Shown: in pieces, positions 1-8,048 of the stretch
How positions within the stretch are numbered: the first letter of the stretch is position 1
How the letters are laid out: each line of letters opens with the position of its first letter
NCBI GenBank assembly: GCA_027021705.1
Contig: JALUTT010000162.1
Span: 1 to 23,045 of the forward strand
Length of the DNA stretch: 23,045 bases
DNA from: Anaerolineae bacterium
Lineage (GTDB): Bacteria; Chloroflexota; Anaerolineae; S140-20
Reading direction: 5' to 3'
The notes under the pieces: generated by a model
The model's input: only the letters and a program-made list of their open reading frames with translations
Told to the model about the DNA's origin: nothing
The model's database searches: none
Translations under genes and position numbers: made by a program

Positions 1-302
1 ACCTGGCCCTCTTCCACATCGCCGCGCCCTATCCCGGCACCCCCTTCTTCTTCGAGGTGCTGGACCAGGGCTGGTTCCGTCCGGGGACCCGGTGGGAGCA
101 GGTGGACATGGACAAGTCCACGGTGCTAGACTATCCGGGGCTAACGGCCGAGGAGTTGGAGTACTGGCAGCGCCGGGCCTTCCGGGAGTGGGCGATGCGC
201 CCCGGCCCGATCCTCACTTTCTTGAGGGGGCTGAACAGCCTCTCCACCCTCCGCTCGGCGCTGGAGATCGGGCTGGAGACGTTGGGTTGGGTGAGGGGGT
301 AG
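1..302 (+). CDS. 3' end of a radical SAM protein, probably B12-binding class (partial)
   Basis: Open frame from nt 3: LALFHIAAPYPGTPFFFEVLDQGW...LETLGWVRG*. The PYPGT motif and 'L(T/S)xEEL' tail are typical of B12-dependent radical SAM C-termini. The CxxxCxxC motif is not in the window. Confidence 0.65.
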   Translation, partial: LALFHIAAPYPGTPFFFEVLDQGWFRPGTRWEQVDMDKSTVLDYPGLTAEELEYWQRRAFREWAMRPGPILTFLRGLNSLSTLRSALEIGLETLGWVRG

Positions 303-374
303 TCGGGTAGTCGGGTGGTCGGGTGGTCGCTTGGTCAGGCAGTCCTTGGTCCTCAGTCCTTGGTCCTCAGTCCT
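301..374. repeat. Short tandem repeats (8-mer RGTCGGGT-like, then 7-mer GTCCTYR)
   Basis: agtcgggt agtcgggt ggtcgggt ggtcgctt ggtcaggc, then gtccttg gtcctca gtccttg gtcctca gtcctc. The same 7-mer type recurs at 4444-4471. Confidence 0.85.
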
Positions 375-409
375 CTACGGCCACCAGCGGCCCACGTCCT
401 GGATGGCGC
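375..409 (-). pseudogene. Orphan copy of the last 11 codons of the adjacent STAND gene (AIQDVGRWWP*)
   Basis: 35 nt matching 495-529 with 5 mismatches, all at synonymous third codon positions. Confidence 0.8.
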
Positions 410-414
410 AGGCC

Positions 415-493
415 GCCGTCCACGAATCTCCCACGAATGCACGAATGGCGGCAGGAACCTATTCGTGCATTCGTAGCCCCATTCGTGGATGGC
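415..493. repeat. REP-like nested palindromic element, copy 1
   Basis: Outer arms gccgtccacgaat (415-427) / attcgtggatggc (481-493); perfect inner 14-bp arms acgaatgcacgaat (433-446) / attcgtgcattcgt (461-474). Confidence 0.85.
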
Positions 494-494
494 C

Positions 495-3400
495 CTACGG
501 CCACCACCGCCCCACATCCTGAATAGCGCGGAAGGTGCCGGCGACCGCCTCGGCCCCGCCCAGGGCGGCGACGACCGGCCCCAGGGCCCGTAGATCGGCC
601 AGCAGGTCTTGGCGGGTGCGGGCGGCCAGGATGTGCAGCGTCTCCCGCCAGAGGGGGGAGAGCTGCTCGCGGGGGAGCCGGGCCAGGTGGGGGGCCAGGC
701 CGGCCAGCGCCTCGGCGCGGCGGTCTTCCCTCTCGATCTCGCGGGCGGCGGCCAGGGCCTCGGCCAGCAACGCCTCCGGCAGGTGGGGGGCCAGGCCGGC
801 CAGCGCACGGGCGCGGTGCTTGGCATTCCCGATCTCGCGGGCGGCGGCCAGGGCCTCTTCGGGATGTCCCAGCTCGGCCAGGCGGGGGGCCAGGCCGGCC
901 AGCGCCTCGGCGCGGTCATCGGCATACCGAACCTTGCGGGCGGCGGCCAGGGCCTCTCGCAGCGCCTGCTTACGCAACTCCTCCGGCAAGTGAGGAGCCA
1001 GCTCCCTCAGCGCCTTGGCCCGTAGTGCCTCATCCCAGATCTTCCCGGCGGCGGCCAGGGCTTCTTCGGGATGTCCCAGTTCGGCCAGGCGGGGGGCCAG
1101 GCCGGCCAGCGCCCGGGCGCGGACAGATTTCCACCCAATCTCGCGGGCGGCGGCCAGGGCCTCTTCGGGATGTCCCAGCTCGGCCAGGCGGGGGGCCAGG
1201 CCGGCCAACGCCCAGGCGCGGGCTTCGGGATCCCGAATCTCGCGGGCGGCGGCCAGGGCCTCGGCCAGCAACGCCTCCGGCAGGTGGGGGGCCAGGCCGG
1301 CCAGGGCTTTGGCCCGGTCATCGGCATCCCGAACCTCGCGGGCGGCGGCCAGGGCCTCTCGCAGCGCCTGCTTACGCAACCCTGCCGGCAGGTAAGAAGC
1401 CAACCCCCTCAGTGCCTCGGTCCGCAGTGCTCCATCCCTGATCTCCCCGGCGGCGGCTAGAGCCTCATGGGGATGTCCCAGTTCGGCTAGGTGGTGGGCC
1501 AGGCCGGCCAGCACCTCGGCGCGGCGGTCTTCCCTCTCAATCTCGCGGGCGGCGGCCAGGGCCTCTCGCAGCGCCTGCTTACGCAACTCTGCTGGCAGGT
1601 GAGGAGCCAGCTCCCTCAGTGCCTTGGTCCGTAGTGCCCCATCCCCGATCTCCCCGGTGGCGGCCAGGGCCTCGGCCAGGACCTCCTGGCGTCGGTCCTC
1701 CGGCAGGTGGGGGGCCAGGCCGGTCAGCGCACGGGCGCGGTCATCGGCATCCCGAATCTCGCGGGCGGCGGCCAGGGCCTCTCGCAGCGCCTGCTTACGC
1801 AACTCTGCCGGCAGGTGAGGAGCCAGCTCCCTCAGTGCCTTGGTCCGTAGTGCTCCATCCCTGATCTCCCCGGCGGCGGCTAGAGCCTCATGGGGATGTC
1901 CCAGTTCGGCTAGGTGGTGGGCCAGGCCGGCCAGCACCTCGGCGCGGTAGTCTTCCCTCTCAATCTCGCGGGCGGCGGCCAAGGCCTCTCGCAGCGCCTG
2001 CTTACGCAACTCTGCCGGCAGGTGAGGAGCCACCTTCCTCAGTGCCTTGGTCCGTAGTGCTCCATCCCTGATCTCCCCGGCGGCGGCTAGAGCCTCATGG
2101 GGATGTCCCAGTTCGGCTAGGTGGTGGGCCAGGCCGGCCAACGCCCAGGCGCGGGCTTCGGGATCCCGAATCTCGCGGGCGGCGGCCAGGGCCTCGGCCA
2201 GCAACGCCTCCGGCAGGTGAGGAGCCAGCCCCCTCAGCGCCTCGGTCCGCAGTGCCCCATCCCTGATCTCCCCGGCGGCGGCCAGGGCCTGGGCCAGCAA
2301 CCCCTCCGGCAGGTGGGGGGCCAGCGCCATCAGCGCCTCCGCCCGCTGCCCGGCGTCCGGCACCTGCCGGGCGTAGGCCAGCCCCTGGGCCGGGGTCCAC
2401 ACCCCTTTCGCCACCAGGGCGGCCAGCAGGGCCGGGGGGATGTTTTTGGCCAGGGCGTTGAGGGAGGCAGTGATGAAGGCGTAGCGGCATTGGAGGGCGA
2501 TGCCCTCACCCCTCCCCCTGGCCCCCTCCCCTCTCCCACCGGGTGGGAGAGGGGAGGGGGCGGCGGTGCCAGCCGCCGGGGGTGGGGTGAGGGGCTCTTC
2601 CGCCAGCCGCCAGGCCCGTGCCACGTCGGTCAGGAAGCCGTCGGTGTCTCCCACGGCCTCCTTGGTCGCGTACCAGGCGTTTTCGTACCGGCGGCGCAGG
2701 CAGGTCCGCTTCCGGCCCAGGAGCCGGTCCAGCCACCCCTTCAGCCCGGGGCGGGTGTAGGGCACCCCCTCTTCATGCACCCATTCCACCCGCAACAGGC
2801 GATGCAGGTCCTCCCCCCGACCCGCCCCCGCCAGGTGGGCCGCCAGGTGGCGCAGGCCGTAGCCGCCGTCCAGGTCCCGCTTCCCCGGCTCCCGCAGCCC
2901 CGGCAGCCCCGCCTCCAGCCCGCTCCAGGCCGCCAGGTACCGGTCGGCGATGCGGGCGTGGGCCTGCTGCGTGGCCGCCGCCAGCTCCTCCGCCAGGCTC
3001 CGCTCCGTCTCCTCCAGCCGCTCCAGGTCGGCCCGCCCGTCCAGGAACTCCCGCAGGCTGGCGTGGTAGAGGCGGTATCGGCGGCCCTCCGTGGCTCCTT
3101 CCACAGCCAGGAAGGGCCGCCACGCCTCCCGCAGCAGCCGCTCCAGATCGGGCCGCGCCTCCACCCCGGCCAGAGTGCAGAGCCGAGGGAAGGGGAGGGC
3201 CTCTTGAGCGGCGGCCAGGGTGCTCAGCAGAGGGAGGTCGTCGGTGTACCACCGGGGATCATCCCGCCACCGACTCCAGTACTGGGCGTAGTACTGCCAC
3301 ACGTCCTCCGGCAGGGTCGCCAGGTCCAGGGGGGAGCGCTCCCCGCGCTCGATCTCGCCCACCACGTAGTGCAGGTAGATCCACACCCCCCGGCATTTCT

Positions 3401-4205
3401 CCAGCAGCGCAGCCACGAACTGCTCCCGCGCATACCCCTGCTCGGCCAGGGCCCGGGCCACCCCCGACCAGGTGGCGGCCGCCTCCAGGTAGGCCCGCAT
3501 ATCGGCCCGGTTCTCCTCGCTCTGGGCTTCCAGGCGAAAGACCCGGCGCGGCCCTTCCACCCGCAGCGTCACCGCCACCGGCCGCTGGGAGACGATGAGG
3601 TAGACGCCTTGGGGGAGCACGCGTGGCAGGCCCAGGACGTTCTGGCCCGGCGGAGTTCCGGCCTCGTCCAGGCCGTCCACCACCAGGACGATCTTCTCCC
3701 CCGGGCGTATCTCATCCCGCTTGCGGGCCGCCTCGAAGAGCAGCTTCTGGAGGAAGTGGGGGCGGGCTGCCGCGCCGGGCAGCACCCCCTCGGCATGATA
3801 GAGGTTGAGCTCCCAGGCCCGCACCAGTTGGGCGGCCAGGTTGCGCAGGCCGGGGGCGATGCCGCCGTCGCCGGGGGCCAGTTCCACGAAGTGGTGGATG
3901 TACCCCCGCGTCTTCACCAGGTGGGCCAGGAAGGTGGTCTTGCCCAACCCGGCGGCGGCTTCCAGGACGAACAGACCCCGGTCGTGATCCCGCAGGAAGG
4001 CGTCCACCTCGGCGACCAACCACTCCCGGCCCACGAAGCGGTCCAGTCGCACCCGCTCGAAGACGGACCAAGGGGGGATGTAGGCGTCCCGCAGCCGCTC
4101 GTAATCACCGACGAAGACCCGGTTGTGGTCGCCGGTGATGAGGATGCTCTGTATAACGTCGCCGCCGATGGAGATACTCCGCCCGGTCAACGCTTCTGCC
4201 CTCAT
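495..4205 (-). CDS. NLR-like STAND (NACHT/AAA) P-loop NTPase with C-terminal HEAT/TPR-like helical repeats
   Basis: Walker A AAAGLGKT, Walker B VLVVDGLDE, winged-helix-type YRLYHASLREFL, about 16 EALAAAxEI...RAxALAGLA repeats. ATG at 4205 preferred over the upstream TTG at 4271. Confidence 0.85.
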   Translation of the reverse strand: MRAEALTGRSISIGGDVIQSILITGDHNRVFVGDYERLRDAYIPPWSVFERVRLDRFVGREWLVAEVDAFLRDHDRGLFVLEAAAGLGKTTFLAHLVKTRGYIHHFVELAPGDGGIAPGLRNLAAQLVRAWELNLYHAEGVLPGAAARPHFLQKLLFEAARKRDEIRPGEKIVLVVDGLDEAGTPPGQNVLGLPRVLPQGVYLIVSQRPVAVTLRVEGPRRVFRLEAQSEENRADMRAYLEAAATWSGVARALAEQGYAREQFVAALLEKCRGVWIYLHYVVGEIERGERSPLDLATLPEDVWQYYAQYWSRWRDDPRWYTDDLPLLSTLAAAQEALPFPRLCTLAGVEARPDLERLLREAWRPFLAVEGATEGRRYRLYHASLREFLDGRADLERLEETERSLAEELAAATQQAHARIADRYLAAWSGLEAGLPGLREPGKRDLDGGYGLRHLAAHLAGAGRGEDLHRLLRVEWVHEEGVPYTRPGLKGWLDRLLGRKRTCLRRRYENAWYATKEAVGDTDGFLTDVARAWRLAEEPLTPPPAAGTAAPSPLPPGGRGEGARGRGEGIALQCRYAFITASLNALAKNIPPALLAALVAKGVWTPAQGLAYARQVPDAGQRAEALMALAPHLPEGLLAQALAAAGEIRDGALRTEALRGLAPHLPEALLAEALAAAREIRDPEARAWALAGLAHHLAELGHPHEALAAAGEIRDGALRTKALRKVAPHLPAELRKQALREALAAAREIEREDYRAEVLAGLAHHLAELGHPHEALAAAGEIRDGALRTKALRELAPHLPAELRKQALREALAAAREIRDADDRARALTGLAPHLPEDRRQEVLAEALAATGEIGDGALRTKALRELAPHLPAELRKQALREALAAAREIEREDRRAEVLAGLAHHLAELGHPHEALAAAGEIRDGALRTEALRGLASYLPAGLRKQALREALAAAREVRDADDRAKALAGLAPHLPEALLAEALAAAREIRDPEARAWALAGLAPRLAELGHPEEALAAAREIGWKSVRARALAGLAPRLAELGHPEEALAAAGKIWDEALRAKALRELAPHLPEELRKQALREALAAARKVRYADDRAEALAGLAPRLAELGHPEEALAAAREIGNAKHRARALAGLAPHLPEALLAEALAAAREIEREDRRAEALAGLAPHLARLPREQLSPLWRETLHILAARTRQDLLADLRALGPVVAALGGAEAVAGTFRAIQDVGRWWP
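680..2390 (-). repeat. Intragenic array of about 16 helical repeats of roughly 35-40 aa, highly similar at DNA level
   Basis: Recurrent tctcgcgggcggcggccagggcctc and ggccaggccggccagc blocks; whole repeat types recur almost verbatim. Confidence 0.9.
2503..2593. repeat. Palindromic element lying in frame inside the STAND gene
   Basis: Perfect 20-bp inverted repeat 2521-2540 / 2542-2561, second hairpin 2561-2578, outer arms ccctcacccc (2503-2512) / ggggtgaggg (2584-2593). Translates as PLTPPPAAGTAAPSPLPPGGRGEGARGRGEG. Confidence 0.8.
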
Positions 4206-4283
4206 CTTCCACTTTTCTTCCCGCGCAGTGTGAGCCCTCCCCAGGTTACCACAGCCTTGCCGAGTCGTCAACTGAGAAAGTCC

Positions 4284-4438
4284 CGGTGATTACCCATATC
4301 TTTGGAGATAGGGAGACCAGCCGTCCACGAATGGGGCACGAACACACGAATTGAGGACCGCCTCATTCGTGCATTTGTGAGAAATTCGTGGACGGCCTGC
4401 TACGGACCACTCTCTCGCTCCTTTGTGGGTAATCACCG
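4284..4438. mobile_element. MITE-like element (155 bp)
   Basis: Terminal inverted repeats CGGTGATTACCCA (4284-4296) / TGGGTAATCACCG (4426-4438), flanked by a 10-bp direct repeat with 1 mismatch: gagaaagtcc (4274-4283) / gtgaaagtcc (4439-4448). Confidence 0.65.
4320..4396. repeat. REP-like nested palindromic element, copy 2 (inverted relative to copy 1)
   Basis: Perfect 13-bp arms gccgtccacgaat / attcgtggacggc. Internal spacers (ggggc, gagaa) resemble the reverse complement of 415-493. Confidence 0.85.
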
Positions 4439-4539
4439 GTGAAAGTCCTCAGTCCTCGGTCTTCAGTCCTTTTTTCGAGGGCATCCCCAGGGGAAGATCG
4501 CCTCGCGAAGATCTCGGAAATCTGGGGCCCCGGCACCGC

Positions 4540-5482
4540 CTATCACCCTCCCGCCGGGCACCAGGTGCCCGGCAATGGCAACGGCTGACCGGCAGCGGCC
4601 TACAACGCGCCTTAGGCCGTGGGAAGGACCTGCGGGAGAGCTCCCCCCGCTTCACCCTCCCGCAGGTCCCAAGGTGCTCGGCGATAGCGATGGCTTACCG
4701 GCAGCGGCCTACAACGCGCTTTAGGTCGTGGGAAGGACCTGCGGGAGGGTTCCCCCTGCATCACCCTCCCGCAGGTCCCAAGGTGCTCGGCGATGGCAAC
4801 GGCTTACCGGTAGCAGCCTTCAACGCGCTTTAGGCCGTGGGGAGAACCTGCGGGAGGGTCAGGCCCACAACGCGCTTTAGGCCGGGGGAAGGGCCTGCGG
4901 GAGGGTTCCCCCGATCACCCTCCCGCAGGTCCCAAGGTGCCCGGCAATGGCAACGGCCTACCGGTAGCGGCCTACAACGCGCTTTAGGCCGGGGGAAGGG
5001 CCTGCGGGAGGGTTCCCCCGGCGATGGCAACGGCTTACCGGCAGCGGCCTACAACGCGCTTTAGGTCGTGGGGAGGACCTGCGGGAGGGTTCCCCCTCTC
5101 CACCCTCCCGCAGGTCGCAAGGTGCCCGGCGATGGCAGCGGCTTACCGGTAGCAGCCTACAACGCGCTTTAGGCCGGGGGAAGGGCCTGCGGGAGGGTTC
5201 CCCCGGCGATGGCAACGGCTTACCGGCAGCGGCCTACAACGCGCTTTAGGTCGTGGGGAGGACCTGCGGGAGGGTTCCCCCTCTCCACCCTCCCGCAGGT
5301 CGCAAGGTGCGCGACGATGGCAACGACTTACCGGCAGCGGCCTACAACGCGCTTTAGGCCGGGGGAAGAACCTGCGGGAGGGTCAGGCCTACAACGCGCT
5401 TTAGGTCGTGGGGAGGACCTGCGGGAGGGTCAGGCCGACAACGCGCTTTAGGCCGGGGGAAGGATCTGCGGGAGGGTTCCCC
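4540..5482. repeat. Modular palindromic tandem array with 11 core copies
   Basis: CAACGCGCYTTAGG starts at 4603, 4712, 4821, 4868, 4975, 5052, 5160, 5237, 5345, 5392 and 5439; periods are 47, 77 or 107-109 bp. Confidence 0.95.
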
Positions 5483-5496
5483 GCCCCCTCCCCACC

Positions 5497-5525
5497 TTGG
5501 CAGCGGAGGCGGTTTCGGGTATCAT
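5497..5525 (+). promoter_or_regulatory. Putative sigma70-type promoter of the larA-like operon
   Basis: TTGGCA-N17-TATCAT; RBS AAGGAGG precedes ATG 5570. Confidence 0.5.
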
Positions 5526-5569
5526 AGCAGCACGGAACCGGCCCCCACCGACCATCCAAGGAGGAAGCG

Positions 5570-6868
5570 ATGCCAACAGCACCCGGAGCCACGGCCCGGG
5601 AGGTCTCGATCCCCTACGGCGAAGGGAGGCGCGTCACCCTGCGCATCCCGGCCTCCCATCCCCTGGACGTGTTGACGCCGAAAGCCGTCGCCCCGGCGCC
5701 CGAACCGATGGCGGTGATCCGCCGGGCGCTGGAGCAGCCCCTGGAGACTCCCCCGCTGCGCGAGCTGGCCCGAGGGCGGCGGGAGGTGGTGATCGTGGTG
5801 GACGACCTGACCCGCCTGACGCCCGTCCCCCTGATCCTGCCCCTCCTGCTGGAGGAGTTGGCCCGGGCCGGGGTGCGGGAGGAGCAGGTCACGGTGCTGG
5901 TCGCCCTGGGCACCCACCGCCCGATGACGGAGGCGGAGCTGCGCGCCCGGGTGGGCGAGGAGACCTGGCAGCGGGTGCCGGTGCTCAACCACGCCCACTG
6001 GGAGCCGGACGCCCTGGTGGAGCGGGGCGTCACCGAGAACGGCACGCCGGTGGTGCTGAACCGGCGGGTCTGGGAGGCCGATTTGGTGCTGGGCGTGGGG
6101 AGCGTCTTCCCCCACCACATCGCCGGCTACTCCGGCGGCAGCAAGATCATCCAGCCGGGGGTCTCCGGGGCCCGGACGACGGCGGCCACCCACCTGCTGA
6201 GCACCCGGACGCGCCGCTCCTACCTGGGGATGCGGGACAACGTGGTCCGCCGGGAGATGGACGCCGTGGCGGCCGCGGCCGGCCTGGAAGCGGTCTTCAA
6301 CAGCGTCCTGACCAGCCAGGGTGGGCTGGTGGACGCCTTCTTCGGTGCGCCCACCGCCGTGCTCCGGGCGGCCACCCTCCGGGCCGACGCCATCTACGGC
6401 ATCCCCTTTGCCCACCAGGCGGAGGTCGTCGTCGCCGGGACCTACCCCGCCGACCTGGAGTTCTGGCAGGCCCACAAGGCCCTCTACGCCGCCGACATCG
6501 TGACCCGGACGGGAGGGACCCTCATCGTCGTCACCCCCTGCCCCGAGGGGCTGGCGAGGACCCACCCGGAGCTGGTCCACCTGGCCGGTCTCCCCCGCGC
6601 CCAGGTGGAGCGGCTGGTGGACGCCGATCAGGTCGAGGACCGGGTGGCCGCCGGGGCTGCCATCGCCTGGGCCCAGGTGAAGGAGCGCGTGGGCGTGAGC
6701 CTCGTCTCCGAGGGCATCCCGCCGGAGGTGGCCCGCGCCGTGGGGTTCACCCCCTTCGCCTCGGCCCAGGAGGCGCTGGAGGAGGCGCTGGGACGGCACG
6801 GGCCGGAGGCGCGGGTGGCCGTGATCCCCTACGCGCCCGAGTGCCTGCCCCTCCCCCTCAAGAGGTGA
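5570..6868 (+). CDS. larA: Nickel-pincer-dependent lactate racemase family (LarA homologue) 2-hydroxyacid racemase/epimerase
   Basis: Motifs DDLTRLTP, ALGTHRPMT, VLNH, PHHIAGYSGGSKIIQPG, QAHKAL; 432 aa; strong RBS. The symbol indicates family only, not substrate. Confidence 0.88.
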   Translation: MPTAPGATAREVSIPYGEGRRVTLRIPASHPLDVLTPKAVAPAPEPMAVIRRALEQPLETPPLRELARGRREVVIVVDDLTRLTPVPLILPLLLEELARAGVREEQVTVLVALGTHRPMTEAELRARVGEETWQRVPVLNHAHWEPDALVERGVTENGTPVVLNRRVWEADLVLGVGSVFPHHIAGYSGGSKIIQPGVSGARTTAATHLLSTRTRRSYLGMRDNVVRREMDAVAAAAGLEAVFNSVLTSQGGLVDAFFGAPTAVLRAATLRADAIYGIPFAHQAEVVVAGTYPADLEFWQAHKALYAADIVTRTGGTLIVVTPCPEGLARTHPELVHLAGLPRAQVERLVDADQVEDRVAAGAAIAWAQVKERVGVSLVSEGIPPEVARAVGFTPFASAQEALEEALGRHGPEARVAVIPYAPECLPLPLKR

Positions 6869-6878
6869 CCGACGGACG

Positions 6879-8048
6879 ATGGCCGATCTGGTGGTGATCG
6901 CCGACGATCTGACCGGCGCGTTGGACAGCGCGGGGCGGCTGGCCGCCCGGCTGGGAACGGTGCCGGTGCACCTCACCCTCGGCGGCCTCCCCGGCCCCCA
7001 TCCCGCCTTGGTCTACGATGCCCAGACGCGCCACGCGGAGGAGGCGGCGGTGCGCCAACGGGTGGCCCATCGGGTCCGGGCGGCTCGGCGGCAGGGCGCC
7101 CGCTGCCTCTACCTGAAGGTGGACTCCACGCTGCGGGGGCCCATCGCCACCACGGTGGCGACGGCCTGGGAGGTCTGGGGCGGGGCCTCGGTCCTCGTCT
7201 GCCCCGCCTTCCCGGCCCAGGCCCGCACGGTGGTTGAGGGACGGCTGCTGGTGGACGGGGTTCCCGTGGACGAGACCCCCTTTGGCCGCGATCCCCACCA
7301 CCCCGTGGCCAGCGCCCTCCTGGCGGACCATCTGACCGGCGTGCCCGGCCCTGCCCACCACCTCCCCCTGGCAGGGGTGCGGATGGGCGCGGAGGCGGTG
7401 GCTCAGGCCCTGCGGAAGCACGCCGGCCTCTGGACCGCCGACGCCACGGATGAGGAGGAGCTGACCACGCTGGCCCAGGGGGCGGTGCGGGCGGGCCTGA
7501 CCCTGCTGGTCGGGTCGGCCGGCCTGCTGCACCCCCTGCCCGAGGCGCTGGGCCTGCCCCGCCCGGAGCACCCTCCGGCCCCCCCTTCGGTGCCGGGGCC
7601 GATCCTGGTGGTCGTCGGGAGCCGCCACCCCCGGGCACGGGCGCAGGTCCGGACGCTCCGGGCGGCTGCCCTGCCGAGGGTCCACCTGGTGACCGCCACC
7701 GAGGAGCCCTTTCGGGCAGGCCAAGAGGACCAGGTGGTCCTGGAGCTGGCAGCGGAGGCGACCGCCCTGGAGGGGCGGGAGGGGATCGGGGCGCTGGTCG
7801 TCGTCGGAGGGGAGACGGCCCGGGCCGTCGCGGCGGCGATGGGCTTCCGACGGCTGGAGGTGCGGGGGGAGGTCCTGCCCGGCATCCCCTGGGCCTGGGG
7901 GCAGCGCACGGCCGGCGGCCCGGTCCTGTGGGTCAGCAAGGCGGGAGGCTTCGGGGAGGCGAAGACGCTGGTGGAGATCGTCGCCTGGATGAGGGCGTCG
8001 TCGGGGCGGACGCCGATCAACGTGGGAGGGAGCGATGACGGGAGCTGA
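6879..8048 (+). CDS. Four-carbon acid sugar kinase family (DUF1537, DtnK/DenK-like)
   Basis: IADDLTGALD, YLKVDSTLRGP, CPAFPAQAR, GGETA, SKAGGFG; directly upstream of pdxA. Confidence 0.9.
   Translation: MADLVVIADDLTGALDSAGRLAARLGTVPVHLTLGGLPGPHPALVYDAQTRHAEEAAVRQRVAHRVRAARRQGARCLYLKVDSTLRGPIATTVATAWEVWGGASVLVCPAFPAQARTVVEGRLLVDGVPVDETPFGRDPHHPVASALLADHLTGVPGPAHHLPLAGVRMGAEAVAQALRKHAGLWTADATDEEELTTLAQGAVRAGLTLLVGSAGLLHPLPEALGLPRPEHPPAPPSVPGPILVVVGSRHPRARAQVRTLRAAALPRVHLVTATEEPFRAGQEDQVVLELAAEATALEGREGIGALVVVGGETARAVAAAMGFRRLEVRGEVLPGIPWAWGQRTAGGPVLWVSKAGGFGEAKTLVEIVAWMRASSGRTPINVGGSDDGS

Noticed and set aside
375..497. Stop-codon readthrough joining the STAND gene to the in-frame orphan terminus
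   Set aside because: The frame is the same, but a second in-frame TAG (plus-strand cta at 459-461) intervenes.
375..529. Diversity-generating retroelement TR/VR pair
   Set aside because: Only 35 nt long, the differences are synonymous and include G/C changes rather than being adenine-specific, and there is no reverse transcriptase in the window.
2121..4289. 722-aa plus-strand ORF and similar long ORFs (5522-6976, 6858-8096, 11953-13410, 14590-16533, 19770-21095)
   Set aside because: Antisense shadows of well-supported genes in high-GC DNA, with no recognisable motifs.
4423..5451. Small ORFs within the repeat array
   Set aside because: Unit lengths mostly break frame, and there is no RBS or protein-like composition.
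4540..5482. CRISPR array
   Set aside because: Inter-core sequences are themselves repeated modules rather than unique spacers, the period varies 47/77/108, and no cas genes are present.
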